A DNA stretch of 64,000 bases, from NCBI RefSeq assembly GCF_045037415.1, contig NZ_CP173438.1. One strand, written 5' to 3'. Source of the DNA: Escherichia coli. GTDB lineage: Bacteria > Pseudomonadota > Gammaproteobacteria > Enterobacterales > Enterobacteriaceae. Below the pieces are notes generated by a model. That model saw only the letters and a program-made list of their open reading frames with translations, was not told the origin of the DNA and ran no database searches. Numbering within the stretch: the stretch's first letter is position 1; the number at the start of each line of letters is the position of its first letter. Position numbers and translations under genes: made by a program. This document shows, piece by piece, positions 22,418-32,896 of this stretch.

Positions 22418-23761
22418 TTAAATCACGCCCTGGCTTAACATCGCATCCGCAACCTTCACAAAACCGGCAATGTTCGCGCCCTGCACGTAGTTGGTTTGCT
22501 CACCTTCACCACCATGCTCAACACAGGCATGGTGGATATCCAGCATGATGTGATGCAAACGTGCGTCAACTTTCTCGGCTTTCCAGCCCAGGCGCGCAGC
22601 GTTTTGCGCCATTTCCAGGCCCGATGTTGCTACACCGCCAGCATTAGCCGCTTTACCCGGTGCAAACAGTACGCCTGCCTGCTGGAACAGTTCAGTCGCT
22701 TCGATGGTGGTCGGCATATTTGCCCCTTCGGCGACGGCTTTAACGCCATTGGCGATAAGCTGATGCGCGGCGTCAACATCCAGTTCGTTCTGGGTGGCGC
22801 AAGGCAGGGCGATATCAACCGGTACAGACCACGGTTGTTGGCCTTCGAGATAGACCAGACCAAATTCTTTGGCGTAATCTGCCACTCGACCATCGCGGCT
22901 GGCTTTGATTTCGATAAGGCGCGCCAGTTTCTCTTTCGTGAATCCGCTTTCATCAACTACAGTGCCGCTGGAGTCTGACGCAGTGATCACTCGAGCACCA
23001 AATTCCATCGCTTTTTCGATAGCGTACTGGGCGACGTTGCCGGAGCCAGAAACGGAAACGCGCATCCCTTCAAAACCCATACCGTGGCGTTTTAGCATTG
23101 CTTCTGTGAAATAAACCAGACCGTAGCCGGTAGCTTCCGGGCGAATAAGACTGCCGCCAAATGAAAGGCCCTTACCGGTGAAGACGCAGGCGGTATTGTT
23201 GGAGAGCTTTTTCATCATCCCCGCCATAAAGCCGACTTCACGACCACCAACGCCGATATCACCTGCCGGAACGTCAGTATCCGCGCCCAGGTGGCGATAC
23301 AGTTCAGTCATCAGCGCCTGGCAGAAACGCATAACTTCGCCTTCGCTTTTCCCTTTCGGATCAAAGTCGCTGCCGCCTTTACCACCACCCATCGGCAGAG
23401 TAGTCAGGGCATTTTTAAAGGTTTGCTCGAAGCCGAGGAATTTGAGAATGGAAAGGTTTACTGAAGGGTGGAAGCGCATACCGCCTTTGTACGGACCGAT
23501 GGCGGAGCTGAATTGCACACGCCATGCACGGTTGACCTGCACCTGGTTGCGATCATCAACCCATACTACGCGAAATTGGATCACGCGCTCCGGTTCAACC
23601 AGACGCTCCAGTAATGACATCTGACGATATTTGGGATTTTGTTCAAGAAAAGGCCAGAGTGTGGTCATTACTTCACGAACGGCTTGCGCGAACTCGGTTT
23701 GATTCGGGTCGCGCTTTTGGACATGGTTGAGGAATGACTCCAGAGAATATGTCTGATCCAT
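22418..23761 (-). CDS. gdhA: NADP-specific glutamate dehydrogenase
   Basis: 447 aa MDQTYSLESFLNHVQKRDP...; GGGKGG motif. Confidence 0.95.
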   Translation of the reverse strand: MDQTYSLESFLNHVQKRDPNQTEFAQAVREVMTTLWPFLEQNPKYRQMSLLERLVEPERVIQFRVVWVDDRNQVQVNRAWRVQFSSAIGPYKGGMRFHPSVNLSILKFLGFEQTFKNALTTLPMGGGKGGSDFDPKGKSEGEVMRFCQALMTELYRHLGADTDVPAGDIGVGGREVGFMAGMMKKLSNNTACVFTGKGLSFGGSLIRPEATGYGLVYFTEAMLKRHGMGFEGMRVSVSGSGNVAQYAIEKAMEFGARVITASDSSGTVVDESGFTKEKLARLIEIKASRDGRVADYAKEFGLVYLEGQQPWSVPVDIALPCATQNELDVDAAHQLIANGVKAVAEGANMPTTIEATELFQQAGVLFAPGKAANAGGVATSGLEMAQNAARLGWKAEKVDARLHHIMLDIHHACVEHGGEGEQTNYVQGANIAGFVKVADAMLSQGVI

Positions 23762-23996
23762 AGATATAAAACCCTTATATATTAATACGATTATGCTTAT
23801 GTTGTTTATGTCATGTGCTTTTGCAGTTTTCGACTATACCATCAAGAATGTGACGGTAAGCAAGAAAAAAATGACCCAGGAAAGCAAATTAATAACGAGA
23901 GTAATCTCATAACCAAATGCGATAACTCAGACGCTAAAGTTTTGCCGCCCGGCTACCGTTATCTGTAGAAGAGACAATAACGTTAAGGAGTTCCCT

Positions 23997-24269
23997 GTGA
24001 GTCGAGCATTGATCGCCGTAGTATTAGCATTTCCATTAATTACACTGGCTAACCCGCATTATCATCCGGACGTGGAGGTAAACGTACCGCCAGAAGTGTT
24101 CAGTTCAGGCGGGCAGTCAGCGCAGCCCTGTACTCAGTGCTGCGTTTATCAGGATCAAAATTATTCTGAAGGGGCAGTAATTAAAGCCGAAGGAATACTG
24201 CTGCAATGCCAACGGGATGACAAAACCCTAAGCACTAATCCGCTGGTCTGGCGGCGCGTGAAGCCATAA
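23997..24269 (+). CDS. ynjH: DUF1496-family secreted protein YnjH
   Basis: 90 aa with signal peptide; divergent from gdhA. Confidence 0.8.
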   Translation: MSRALIAVVLAFPLITLANPHYHPDVEVNVPPEVFSSGGQSAQPCTQCCVYQDQNYSEGAVIKAEGILLQCQRDDKTLSTNPLVWRRVKP

Positions 24270-24642
24270 ACGCCTCTAATAATGGAATGTCAGCAGGGGC
24301 CAGCGGATATCGCAGCGCCTCTTCAGGTGAGCACCAGACCAGCGCCTGATGTTCATGTGCCTGTAACGTCCCGTGGAAGTCGGGTACGTGCCAGGCATGA
24401 AGATGGATAATCCGCCCCGAAACTTCTCGCTGATGGCTGGCAACATAGTCACCAACAGTTGCTTCGATGCCCAGTTCTTCGTTTAACTCACGCACCAGCG
24501 CCTGCCGCTGGCTTTCATCCGGCTCGATTTTACCACCGGCAAACTCCCATAATCCCGCCTGATCGCTCTGGGCAGGGCGTTGCGCGAGTAAAATTTTGCC
24601 ATCACGTTCGATGATGGCGGCAACAACTTCAATCATTTTCAT
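24235..24642 (-). CDS. nudG: Nudix hydrolase NudG (CTP/5-methyl-dCTP pyrophosphohydrolase)
   Basis: 135 aa, Nudix box GGKIEPDESQRQALVRELNEELG. Confidence 0.88.
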   Translation of the reverse strand: MKMIEVVAAIIERDGKILLAQRPAQSDQAGLWEFAGGKIEPDESQRQALVRELNEELGIEATVGDYVASHQREVSGRIIHLHAWHVPDFHGTLQAHEHQALVWCSPEEALRYPLAPADIPLLEAFMASRAARPAD

Positions 24643-24728
24643 AAATTACACACGGGCAGATAAGCGAAAAATGCCATAATATCCGCACTGTTGCTCAATC
24701 AGAAAGGCTTTATATTTAAGGAGTGCCT

Positions 24729-25349
24729 GTGCTAGACCGCCATCTTCATCCCCGGATTAAACCGTTGTTGCATCAGTGCGTGCGGGTTCTTGATAAACCG
24801 GGCATTACGCCAGATGGTTTAACATTAGTGGGATTTGCCATCGGCGTGCTGGCACTGCCTTTTCTGGCGCTGGGCTGGTATCTGGCGGCACTAGTCGCCA
24901 TTTTGTTGAACAGGCTGCTTGATGGTCTGGACGGTGCGCTGGCGCGGCGCAGAGGGCTTACCGACGCGGGCGGCTTTCTCGATATTTCTCTCGATTTTCT
25001 TTTTTACGCGCTGGTGCCTTTTGGGTTTATCCTCGCCGCACCGGAGCAAAACGCCCTGGCAGGCGGCTGGCTGCTGTTTGCGTTTATCGGCACGGGCAGC
25101 AGTTTTCTCGCTTTTGCTGCGCTGGCGGCGAAACATCAGATTGATAATCCTGGTTATGCGCATAAATCGTTTTATTATCTGGGCGGCTTAACCGAAGGCA
25201 GCGAGACGATTTTGCTGTTTGTTCTGAGTTGCCTCTTTCCGGCCTGTTTTCCGTGGTTTGCGTGGGTATTTGGTGCGTTGTGCTGGATGACGACCTTTAC
25301 GCGGGTGTGGAGTGGGTATCTGACGCTGAAGTCGCTCCAGCGTCAGTAA
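24729..25349 (+). CDS. ynjF: CDP-alcohol phosphatidyltransferase family membrane protein YnjF (GTG start)
   Basis: 206 aa from second GTG, 6-7 nt after AAGGAG; D-G-x-x-A-R motif. Confidence 0.8.
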   Translation: MLDRHLHPRIKPLLHQCVRVLDKPGITPDGLTLVGFAIGVLALPFLALGWYLAALVAILLNRLLDGLDGALARRRGLTDAGGFLDISLDFLFYALVPFGFILAAPEQNALAGGWLLFAFIGTGSSFLAFAALAAKHQIDNPGYAHKSFYYLGGLTEGSETILLFVLSCLFPACFPWFAWVFGALCWMTTFTRVWSGYLTLKSLQRQ

Positions 25350-25357
25350 TTGCAATG

Positions 25358-26665
25358 TTATTTACTGCTGTCCGGGCCGCGTTCACCGGTTGCTACCGGA
25401 TTTTTTGGATCGCTGCTCCATTCGTACCAGCCACCGTCGTAAACGGAGACGTTATTCCAGCCCATTGCGCGTGCGTACATAAAGGTTTCTGACGCGCGCC
25501 AGCCAGTGCCGCAGTAGAATGAAACTTGCTGATCTGGTTTGATATTCCATGCTTTCCACATAGCGGTTATATCATCGGCGCTGCGCATGGTGCCATCCGG
25601 GTTATGGAAATCTTCCATATGCGTCGAGTCGCTACCTGCGTGTCCCCAACGTGCTCCGGCTATTTCACCTTTTGGTTTAATATAGCTGTAACCGCTGGTC
25701 GTACCGATAAATTCTGGCCACGAACGAATGCTCACCAGCGATGCATCCTGGCGATGCAGCAGTCCACGCGCTTGTTCCATATCAAGCATCAGTTGCGGTT
25801 GTGCCGGGATCTTCACGCCGAAATCCGGTTCCGCTTTCACTTTCGGTGGCGTACCGCGCTCAACGGGCAGACCCGCGTCGGACCAGGTTTGCCAGCCTCC
25901 GTCCAGCAGGCGCACATCTTTCACGCCGGCATAAAGCATAATTTGCGCCACACGCGCTGCAGCGTATACGTCACGCCCGTACAGAATGACCGTGGTGTCA
26001 TGGCGAATGCCGTGTTTTGCCAGCATCGCTTTCAGTTGTTCATCAGAAACTTTGTTCCACAGCGGTTCGCTTTCCACTTCGTTGGTGTCGATGTAGTCAG
26101 CGCCGGGAATATGGCTGATAAGGTAAAATTTTGGAGCGCCCCAGGCCGCTTCAATGACTTTCCAGTCACCGGCAGGTTTCGCCGTAACCTCTTTACCTTG
26201 TTGCAGGTCATGCAGCCACTGCGGATATACCAGCTGTTCAAAGTGCGGCAGTTTTTGCAGACGGGAAGGTTCGCTTAGCGCGTCACTCAGGATGGAGATA
26301 TGCGTAAAACCTGCTTTTTGCAGTCGCGTTTTGACGGCGTCGACATCTTTGTCATTACCGTACAGTGCCACCGGGGCATCGGCTTTCAGGTTATGTTGCT
26401 TGATCCACTCGTTGAGCTGTTCGGTGCTCATTTTGTCGAGCCAGCTAGCAGAGAGGTTTAAGGCGGCAGGTTCATGACCGGAAGGGCCATTTAAGGTTTG
26501 TGGCCAGCCGTTATAAAACGCGCTGGGGCGAGTATCTATCGCTTTGCCATTTTGTTGTTGAAGCTGGTCAAGTGTAAGAGGCTTCGCCAGTTCAGCGGCC
26601 CACGAAGAAGCGCAAGCCAGCCCTAAAGCCATTGCCAGCGCGGTCATTTGAGAAACACGTTTCAT
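25358..26665 (-). CDS. ynjE: periplasmic tandem-rhodanese sulfurtransferase YnjE
   Basis: 435 aa from MKRVSQ with signal peptide; rhodanese CGTGWR active-site loop. Confidence 0.85.
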   Translation of the reverse strand: MKRVSQMTALAMALGLACASSWAAELAKPLTLDQLQQQNGKAIDTRPSAFYNGWPQTLNGPSGHEPAALNLSASWLDKMSTEQLNEWIKQHNLKADAPVALYGNDKDVDAVKTRLQKAGFTHISILSDALSEPSRLQKLPHFEQLVYPQWLHDLQQGKEVTAKPAGDWKVIEAAWGAPKFYLISHIPGADYIDTNEVESEPLWNKVSDEQLKAMLAKHGIRHDTTVILYGRDVYAAARVAQIMLYAGVKDVRLLDGGWQTWSDAGLPVERGTPPKVKAEPDFGVKIPAQPQLMLDMEQARGLLHRQDASLVSIRSWPEFIGTTSGYSYIKPKGEIAGARWGHAGSDSTHMEDFHNPDGTMRSADDITAMWKAWNIKPDQQVSFYCGTGWRASETFMYARAMGWNNVSVYDGGWYEWSSDPKNPVATGERGPDSSK

Positions 26666-26731
26666 CGAAAATCCCGACATTGTAGTTTTGAGAGCGCCAT
26701 TCTGAACTGACGCATCGGGAAAAACTTTGCG

Positions 26732-27385
26732 TTATCGCAGTTTGTTGTAATTTTCTGACCACTGCGCCATATCCAGAACGGGGCTATCAGGAGGAACATC
26801 CTGAAGATCGTGCGTCACCTGCACAACAGGGATCGCCATGGCGCGAATTTCGCTGAACACCCAATGGCGAAAATTATCGCGCAGGGCCACATCAAGACGG
26901 CTGAATGGCTCATCCAGTAGCAACGCTTTTGGCTGAGCGAGAAGGGCGCGAAGCAGAGCAACGCGCGCTCGCTGACCGCCAGACAAAGTGGCAGGATCCT
27001 GATGGAACGCTCCGTCAAGGCCTGAACGCTCAAGTGCATCATTCACGGCATTACGTCGGGCATTCCCCTTAAGTGTCGCCGGTAGCGCCAGCAGTAAATT
27101 TTGCCCGACGCTGAACTGGTCAAATAACAGTGCATCCTGGAAAAGAATGCCAATCTGACGCTGTGCGGTGGGTAGCATGTCAATCCGTTGCTCATTAAGC
27201 CATAGCTCCCCTGTACAAGAAAACTGTCCGGCCAGCGCACCAATCATCCACGAAAACAGAGTGGATTTCCCGCAGCCGGATGGTCCCATTAACGTGACAA
27301 TGTCACCTTTATCTACTGTAAAGTTAACGTTTGTCAGCAAGCGGCTTTCTGGTAAACGTAGCGAAACATTTTTCACGCAGAGCAT
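26732..27385 (-). CDS. ynjD: ABC transporter ATP-binding protein YnjD
   Basis: 217 aa, Walker A GPSGCGKST, signature LSGGQRARV. Confidence 0.82.
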   Translation of the reverse strand: MLCVKNVSLRLPESRLLTNVNFTVDKGDIVTLMGPSGCGKSTLFSWMIGALAGQFSCTGELWLNEQRIDMLPTAQRQIGILFQDALLFDQFSVGQNLLLALPATLKGNARRNAVNDALERSGLDGAFHQDPATLSGGQRARVALLRALLAQPKALLLDEPFSRLDVALRDNFRHWVFSEIRAMAIPVVQVTHDLQDVPPDSPVLDMAQWSENYNKLR

Positions 27386-28920
27386 TAGCGGAGTCCTTGT
27401 CTGACATAACCTACCCATTTTACGACTAACGCGGTCAGGGCAAAAATAATAAGCGGTAACAGCAGTTGCCATAAAGCCTGGGCGGCGAGAATACCGTTGC
27501 TGCCGCCGCTGCTTAATGCCACCGCTTCAGTGGTGAGCGTCGGAAAACGCCCCGCGCCCAGCCACAGCGTCGGCATATACTGCGCAATACTGACTGAAAA
27601 TCCCACCGCGAAGGCAATCAGCGCAGGGCGCAACATGAGTGGGCATTTTACGTAAAAGAAGATTTTGGCCCGCGACCAGCCCAGTGTTTGCGCAATCAAA
27701 ATTAACCGTGAATCAATGCGCTGCCAGGCGGGTTGCAGGATAAACAGCATCCACGGCATTACCCACAGCAGATGCCCCCAGACCACCGCCGTCCAGCTTC
27801 CATCCAGGTTCAGCCATAGCGCCAGCGTGTACTGGCCCGCCACCAGCGGCAGAGCGGGTAATAAAATGGGCAACCATAGCCACAACTGGCGACGCTGTGG
27901 CCCCCATTCCAGCCACAGCAGTAACAAGAGCAAAGCGATGAATGCCGCCACCAGCCCCATTGTCAGGCTGTTGATGAGCGCTTGACTATTGATCGTCGAC
28001 TGATCCGCGAGGATCGCCAGCAGAACCACACACAGCACACCGGTTAAGGGTAAAAAACTCGCCAGCGTATTGCTTGGCAATAAAGGCGTGGCAGGCTTAC
28101 GAACGCCATCTACGCGGGGAATAGTACGCCGCCAGCCACGCCATAGCAGATAGCCCAGCAAAACGTAGGCGGCGAGTAACAGCATCAGCAGCAGGCTGGC
28201 GAGTGCGCCTTTCGTTTGTTGATCGGCGTCGCCCTGAGTTAACCACTGCCAGCTAATTACCGCCAGCGTCGGGGGATTACCTGGCCCAAGAATAATCGCC
28301 ACATCCACGACCGACAGCGACCAGGCGACAATCGCCAGCATCGCCATTGCTAACGCAGACGCGACGGAGGGCAACAGCAGCCAGTTCAGGCATTGCCAGC
28401 GGCTGTAGCCCAGCGAATCCAGCACAATGAGTTGCTGCAACAGCCGTTTTTCGCTCAATACTGCCGCTAAGATCCACAGCAGAAATGCGCTTTCTTTCAC
28501 CGCCAGGGTGAGGCCCAGCCCAATACCCAATTTGTCCATTGGCGGAGTGAAATACGGGAAATAGTCATAAAGCAGCCCTCCGTCAGCAAAGAGCAGAAGG
28601 GCGCTGGTGGCAAAAGCCACATGGGGAATGGCGAGCAGCCACGGCAGACGGGCGCACATACGCTGCCATTTCGGCCCTGGCCACAACGCCACAATCACCA
28701 GCAGGGCAATCAACAACGCCCCGACCGCCGCAATGGTTGTCGACACCAGCGTCGCCAGTAATGCCTGCGGTAACTGTGGATCGGCAAATAACGCCTGCCA
28801 GTGCGTCAACGACAAAGCAGGCGATATCAGCGTGAGAGCTGCCGGGATCAGCGGTGCATAAATCACCGCTATCATCGCCCACAGCAAAAAGATTAATGCG
28901 TACCGTAACGGTGTAGCCAT
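27385..28920 (-). CDS. ynjC: ABC transporter permease YnjC
   Basis: 511 aa duplicated permease; overlaps ynjD start and ynjB end. Confidence 0.82.
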   Translation of the reverse strand: MATPLRYALIFLLWAMIAVIYAPLIPAALTLISPALSLTHWQALFADPQLPQALLATLVSTTIAAVGALLIALLVIVALWPGPKWQRMCARLPWLLAIPHVAFATSALLLFADGGLLYDYFPYFTPPMDKLGIGLGLTLAVKESAFLLWILAAVLSEKRLLQQLIVLDSLGYSRWQCLNWLLLPSVASALAMAMLAIVAWSLSVVDVAIILGPGNPPTLAVISWQWLTQGDADQQTKGALASLLLMLLLAAYVLLGYLLWRGWRRTIPRVDGVRKPATPLLPSNTLASFLPLTGVLCVVLLAILADQSTINSQALINSLTMGLVAAFIALLLLLLWLEWGPQRRQLWLWLPILLPALPLVAGQYTLALWLNLDGSWTAVVWGHLLWVMPWMLFILQPAWQRIDSRLILIAQTLGWSRAKIFFYVKCPLMLRPALIAFAVGFSVSIAQYMPTLWLGAGRFPTLTTEAVALSSGGSNGILAAQALWQLLLPLIIFALTALVVKWVGYVRQGLR

Positions 28921-30059
28921 TCTTGTTCCAGCGCATTTACCCAACCTGCGTGCGGTTCAGCCAGTACCGGCGGCAGATCCTGCGGCATTCTCGATTGCAA
29001 TGTTTCGCGCTGCCCGTCAGGCAGTTTTTGCGGGTCGAGAACAGAAGGATCGCCCCAGACAGCAGGATCTGCTTTACGCAGTTGCGCATCGGGTGAGAGC
29101 AGGAAATTGGCAACTACCTTCGCCGCAGCACTGGCATTCGCGTTGGCAGGAATGGTGACGAAATGGACGTTGCCAATCATCCCCTCGCGAAAACCAAAAC
29201 TGTAACTGCTTGCAGGCAAATCGCCGCTGGCGATTTTTTGCTGCGCATGCGCGGGGTTAAAGGTCAGCGACAGGCGCAATGTGTTAGCTTTCAGCAGAGC
29301 ATCCATCCGCGCGGGCGAAGGCGGGAAATCCTTTCCTTCGCGCCACAAATACGGATGCAGTGCATCAAGATATTGCCACAAGGGCGCAGTGACGCGGGCG
29401 AAAGTGGCATCGTCCGGCGCTTCTTTTAATGCTGTGGGATCTGGCGTTAGCATAATCAGCAACTGTTCAAGAAACGCCGTGCCGGTAAAGTCCGGTGGGC
29501 GCGGATAGGTAACCGTGCCGGGATTGGCTTTAGCAAACTCCAGTAAGGCTTGCGGCGTTTGTGGTGGCTGTAGCGTAACATCGCGGCGGGCGATAAACGT
29601 CAGTTGTGCGCCGCCCCAGGGCGATTCAGCCCCTTCTGTAGGCACTGAAAAATCTTCCCGCACCGGAAGCTGTGTGTCGACATAGCGCCAGTTGGGCAGA
29701 GTCTCCGCCCAGCCGGTTTGTAATAAATTGGCCTCTTTTAAGGTGCGGAAGTTTTCGCCGTTCACCCAGAGCAGATCCACCGAACCGCCCGTTTTACGTC
29801 CGGCAGCAACTTCGGTCTGAATGCGTTTCACCGCGTCTGCGGCATCCGCGAGACGAACAATCTTCAGGTTTATAGCGTAATGGGTTTTCATCTCGCCGCT
29901 AACCCAGTCGAGATAGCGGTTAATTGCGGTATCGCCGCCCCAGGCGTTAAACCAGACGGTTTGTCCTTTGGCCTCATTTTTTATTTCCTGCCAGTCACTG
30001 GCATGTGTTGCCAAAGAAAACAGCGATAACAATCCCAGCAACCACCCACAATGGCGCAT
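28893..30059 (-). CDS. ynjB: ABC transporter periplasmic substrate-binding protein YnjB
   Basis: 388 aa with signal peptide. Confidence 0.82.
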   Translation of the reverse strand: MRHCGWLLGLLSLFSLATHASDWQEIKNEAKGQTVWFNAWGGDTAINRYLDWVSGEMKTHYAINLKIVRLADAADAVKRIQTEVAAGRKTGGSVDLLWVNGENFRTLKEANLLQTGWAETLPNWRYVDTQLPVREDFSVPTEGAESPWGGAQLTFIARRDVTLQPPQTPQALLEFAKANPGTVTYPRPPDFTGTAFLEQLLIMLTPDPTALKEAPDDATFARVTAPLWQYLDALHPYLWREGKDFPPSPARMDALLKANTLRLSLTFNPAHAQQKIASGDLPASSYSFGFREGMIGNVHFVTIPANANASAAAKVVANFLLSPDAQLRKADPAVWGDPSVLDPQKLPDGQRETLQSRMPQDLPPVLAEPHAGWVNALEQEWLHRYGTH

Positions 30060-30068
30060 CTTCTCTCC

Positions 30069-30617
30069 TTAAGAACGTTTTTCAGGAATACGGCACAGCC
30101 CCTGAGCGGGAATGTCCATGGCAGAATTAAAACGGGCTGACAGATTTTGCAGGCCTATCAATGCCGTCAGTTCGGTGAGCGCCTGAGCGTCAAAATGCGT
30201 AGCCAGTCGGGCGCGCAGAGCATCATCGACCGTTGGCGGCGTTACGCTTGCGGCTTCGGCGTACTCCAGCGCCAGCCGTTCTTCATCGCTAAAGAGCGGG
30301 CTTTGCCGCCAGTCAGCCACTGCCAGCAGTTTATCGGTGCTGCCGGTACGCTCGGCGACTTTCATACTGGTGATATCCACGCAAAACTCACACAGGCACA
30401 TTTGCGCAATGCGCGCGCTGACAAGCGATCGTACTACCGGATCGAGCGGTGAGCGTTTGCGCTCCAGCCAGCCGACAAACATCGACACCAGATAAAAGAT
30501 AAACGGGATCCGCCCCCACCAGCGAATCGGGCTTAGCACCTCGCCGTAATGGCGACGATGCAGCCACGCCTGCGGACGTAAAATGAAAGGAATTTTGCTA
30601 AGCGGCGGTAAACCCAT
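30069..30617 (-). CDS. ynjA: AhpD/carboxymuconolactone-decarboxylase-like protein YnjA
   Basis: 182 aa; first gene of the overlapping ynjABCD block. Confidence 0.8.
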   Translation of the reverse strand: MGLPPLSKIPFILRPQAWLHRRHYGEVLSPIRWWGRIPFIFYLVSMFVGWLERKRSPLDPVVRSLVSARIAQMCLCEFCVDITSMKVAERTGSTDKLLAVADWRQSPLFSDEERLALEYAEAASVTPPTVDDALRARLATHFDAQALTELTALIGLQNLSARFNSAMDIPAQGLCRIPEKRS

Positions 30618-31324
30618 CAGGCATTCCTCTTCTGGCGCTCAAGCCATATTTTCTTCGCCATAAAAATCACCACGGTCAGGGCAAACAGAATAAACAGTCC
30701 GGTGACAAACCAGAAAGTACCGCCTGTTAACATGCTGCCCGCCCAGGAATAAACAATAGTCGCCGGTAATTGACCAAGCCCGGTGGCGATAAAAAACGAG
30801 CGAAAACGTATTGAAGTCAAACCGGCAGCATAGCTGATTGGATCGAAAGGGACAAAAGGCAATAACCGACATACCAGGATGGTGTGTTTGCCGTAGCGAG
30901 TGAAAAAGCCGTCCATACTGTCAAGTACGGTTTTGCCGGTTAATTTTTCCACCACTTCGCGGCCCATCACTCTGGCGATAAAAAAGCACAGCGCCGCGCC
31001 GGCCATCGAACTGGTCCACGACAGTAAGCCGCCCCAGAACGCGCCAAACAGCGACGCATTGGCAAAGGTGATCAAAAACGCAGGTAGCGGTGCAGCAATG
31101 GCCTGTAAAATCATCAACAAGAACGAGACAACTGCCGCTAGTGCGCCGTAAGACTGAATAAAGCGTTCTATACCCTGTTGGTCCACGGCGGCAAACGCCG
31201 CAACGCTGCGATTGATAAACTCATGGACGCCGGGAAGCAGCGCCCATGCCAGCAGCACAGCGAACAACAGGATGATGAGGGTTATACGGTAGTACCAGAT
31301 TTTACGCGATTGCATCTTCATCAT
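30617..31324 (-). CDS. ydjZ: TVP38/TMEM64 (DedA-like) inner membrane protein YdjZ
   Basis: 235 aa polytopic membrane protein. Confidence 0.8.
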   Translation of the reverse strand: MMKMQSRKIWYYRITLIILLFAVLLAWALLPGVHEFINRSVAAFAAVDQQGIERFIQSYGALAAVVSFLLMILQAIAAPLPAFLITFANASLFGAFWGGLLSWTSSMAGAALCFFIARVMGREVVEKLTGKTVLDSMDGFFTRYGKHTILVCRLLPFVPFDPISYAAGLTSIRFRSFFIATGLGQLPATIVYSWAGSMLTGGTFWFVTGLFILFALTVVIFMAKKIWLERQKRNA

Positions 31325-31337
31325 CCTTTATCCTGCT

Positions 31338-32015
31338 TTATTCGGTGATTTTAAAGGTAACCGTTGCCAGCGTGTTATCCGCCGGGAGAACTGAGGCATT
31401 GCCTTTGAATTTCACTTCGCCGCGTTTTTCCACCGCACCATAAGTGTATGTTGCATTGCTGACGATGCCGACCGGGCAGCTATCCAGACACACCAGGCAA
31501 CCCGTTTTCTTCTCTTCTGCTGCCGTTAAATTACCGCCAAAGCGCATGTCCAGTTTCTTGCCATTACTGTCAACAATCACTTCATCGAAGGAATACGCTT
31601 TTGCCGCCCCTTGCCAGTTGACCGAAATATCCAGTTTGCTGCCTGTGACATGAGTCGTTTCTTTATTATCCATTGTCATGTTTTCGCCCGGCGTACCACC
31701 TGCCTCTTTCAGGGCTTCATAAAATGCTTTCGGGGTCGCATAACCCATAAACAGCGATTTATGTCCGTTGGAGCCATCTTTAAACACAATACCGTGACGA
31801 GTGTCGTCGGTGAGGAAACGACCATTAATTTGCACCAGCATGGTTACCGTATGGTTATTGGCATCGACACGCAGCGGTTGGCTGTTCGAAAGTCCGTCGT
31901 ATTCCACTTTTGCAGCCGCATTCTCTTTTTGATCGCAGCCGCTAAGCCCAGCAACAGCCAGTAAGCAGAGTGCAGCCAGTCCTTTTTTCCATGACACTGA
32001 ATAATGTTGCAACAT
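31338..32015 (-). CDS. ydjY: putative lipoprotein YdjY
   Basis: 225 aa from MLQHYSVSWKK; lipobox LSGC; track ORF start 32177 is an extension. Confidence 0.75.
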   Translation of the reverse strand: MLQHYSVSWKKGLAALCLLAVAGLSGCDQKENAAAKVEYDGLSNSQPLRVDANNHTVTMLVQINGRFLTDDTRHGIVFKDGSNGHKSLFMGYATPKAFYEALKEAGGTPGENMTMDNKETTHVTGSKLDISVNWQGAAKAYSFDEVIVDSNGKKLDMRFGGNLTAAEEKKTGCLVCLDSCPVGIVSNATYTYGAVEKRGEVKFKGNASVLPADNTLATVTFKITE

Positions 32016-32019
32016 CGTT

Positions 32020-32730
32020 CTATCCTTCATTTTTTGGGTGAGAAAGTGGGCTGCGGCGAGAAGCAGACAGATCCACATGTTTGTGTCGGGCGTAGAGTTT
32101 TGCGAGCTGGACGAGAATAAACAGTGCCAGGCCCGCCAGACAGAGTTGTAAAATAAAGCGCAGCGTAATGCCTTCATTGGCGAGATCGCTTGCCATCACG
32201 GTATAAATAACAATACCGGGTAGGGTCGTGAGTGCCGAAATAAGGGTATAAGGCCAGAAGGCGATTGTGGTTAATCCGTAAGCGTAATTTTGAATATTGT
32301 AAGGAAACAACGGGATTAAGCGGGTCAGAATAAGAAAATCAATACCGTTACGCGCAATGCCTTTTTCAATGGCCTGAAAGGTATGGCTATGGCCAACGTA
32401 TTTCAGCAGTAAATCACGTCCCAGCCAGCGCGCCAGAAGGAATGAGCACGAGGAGGCCAGCGTGGCGGCAATTAATGATAGTAGTGTCCCTAAGAGCGGG
32501 CCAAAAACTATTCCTCCCGCGATCACCAGTATGCTTCCTGGTAACAGAAAGAGGGTGGCAATGATGAATAACAGAATATAGAGGCTATAGCCGAACAATC
32601 CGCTCTGGCGAATGAGTGTCTGTAAGTGGGGTAAATCGGTGAGCAGATCGAATAAACCGAAAGCGTGGATAGCGTAAATGACCAGCGCAAAAATAAGACA
32701 GGCAAAAAGAAATTTACGCTCAGCGTTCAT
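32020..32730 (-). CDS. ydjX: TVP38/TMEM64 (DedA-like) inner membrane protein YdjX
   Basis: 236 aa from MNAERKF; paralog of ydjZ. Confidence 0.8.
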   Translation of the reverse strand: MNAERKFLFACLIFALVIYAIHAFGLFDLLTDLPHLQTLIRQSGLFGYSLYILLFIIATLFLLPGSILVIAGGIVFGPLLGTLLSLIAATLASSCSFLLARWLGRDLLLKYVGHSHTFQAIEKGIARNGIDFLILTRLIPLFPYNIQNYAYGLTTIAFWPYTLISALTTLPGIVIYTVMASDLANEGITLRFILQLCLAGLALFILVQLAKLYARHKHVDLSASRRSPLSHPKNEG

Positions 32731-32896
32731 CGTGGAGTTTCCTATATCAAACTTGATAATAGAGAAGTGGTCAGACAACTAAAAACGCAGTGACGGTATA
32801 ACAAAGGACGGCGGGCAACAAATCATTACTGACAGTTTGTTGATTTTTCTCAAGGTTAATTCTCCTGACCCAGTTTGAGCCAGGAGATCAGCTAAA

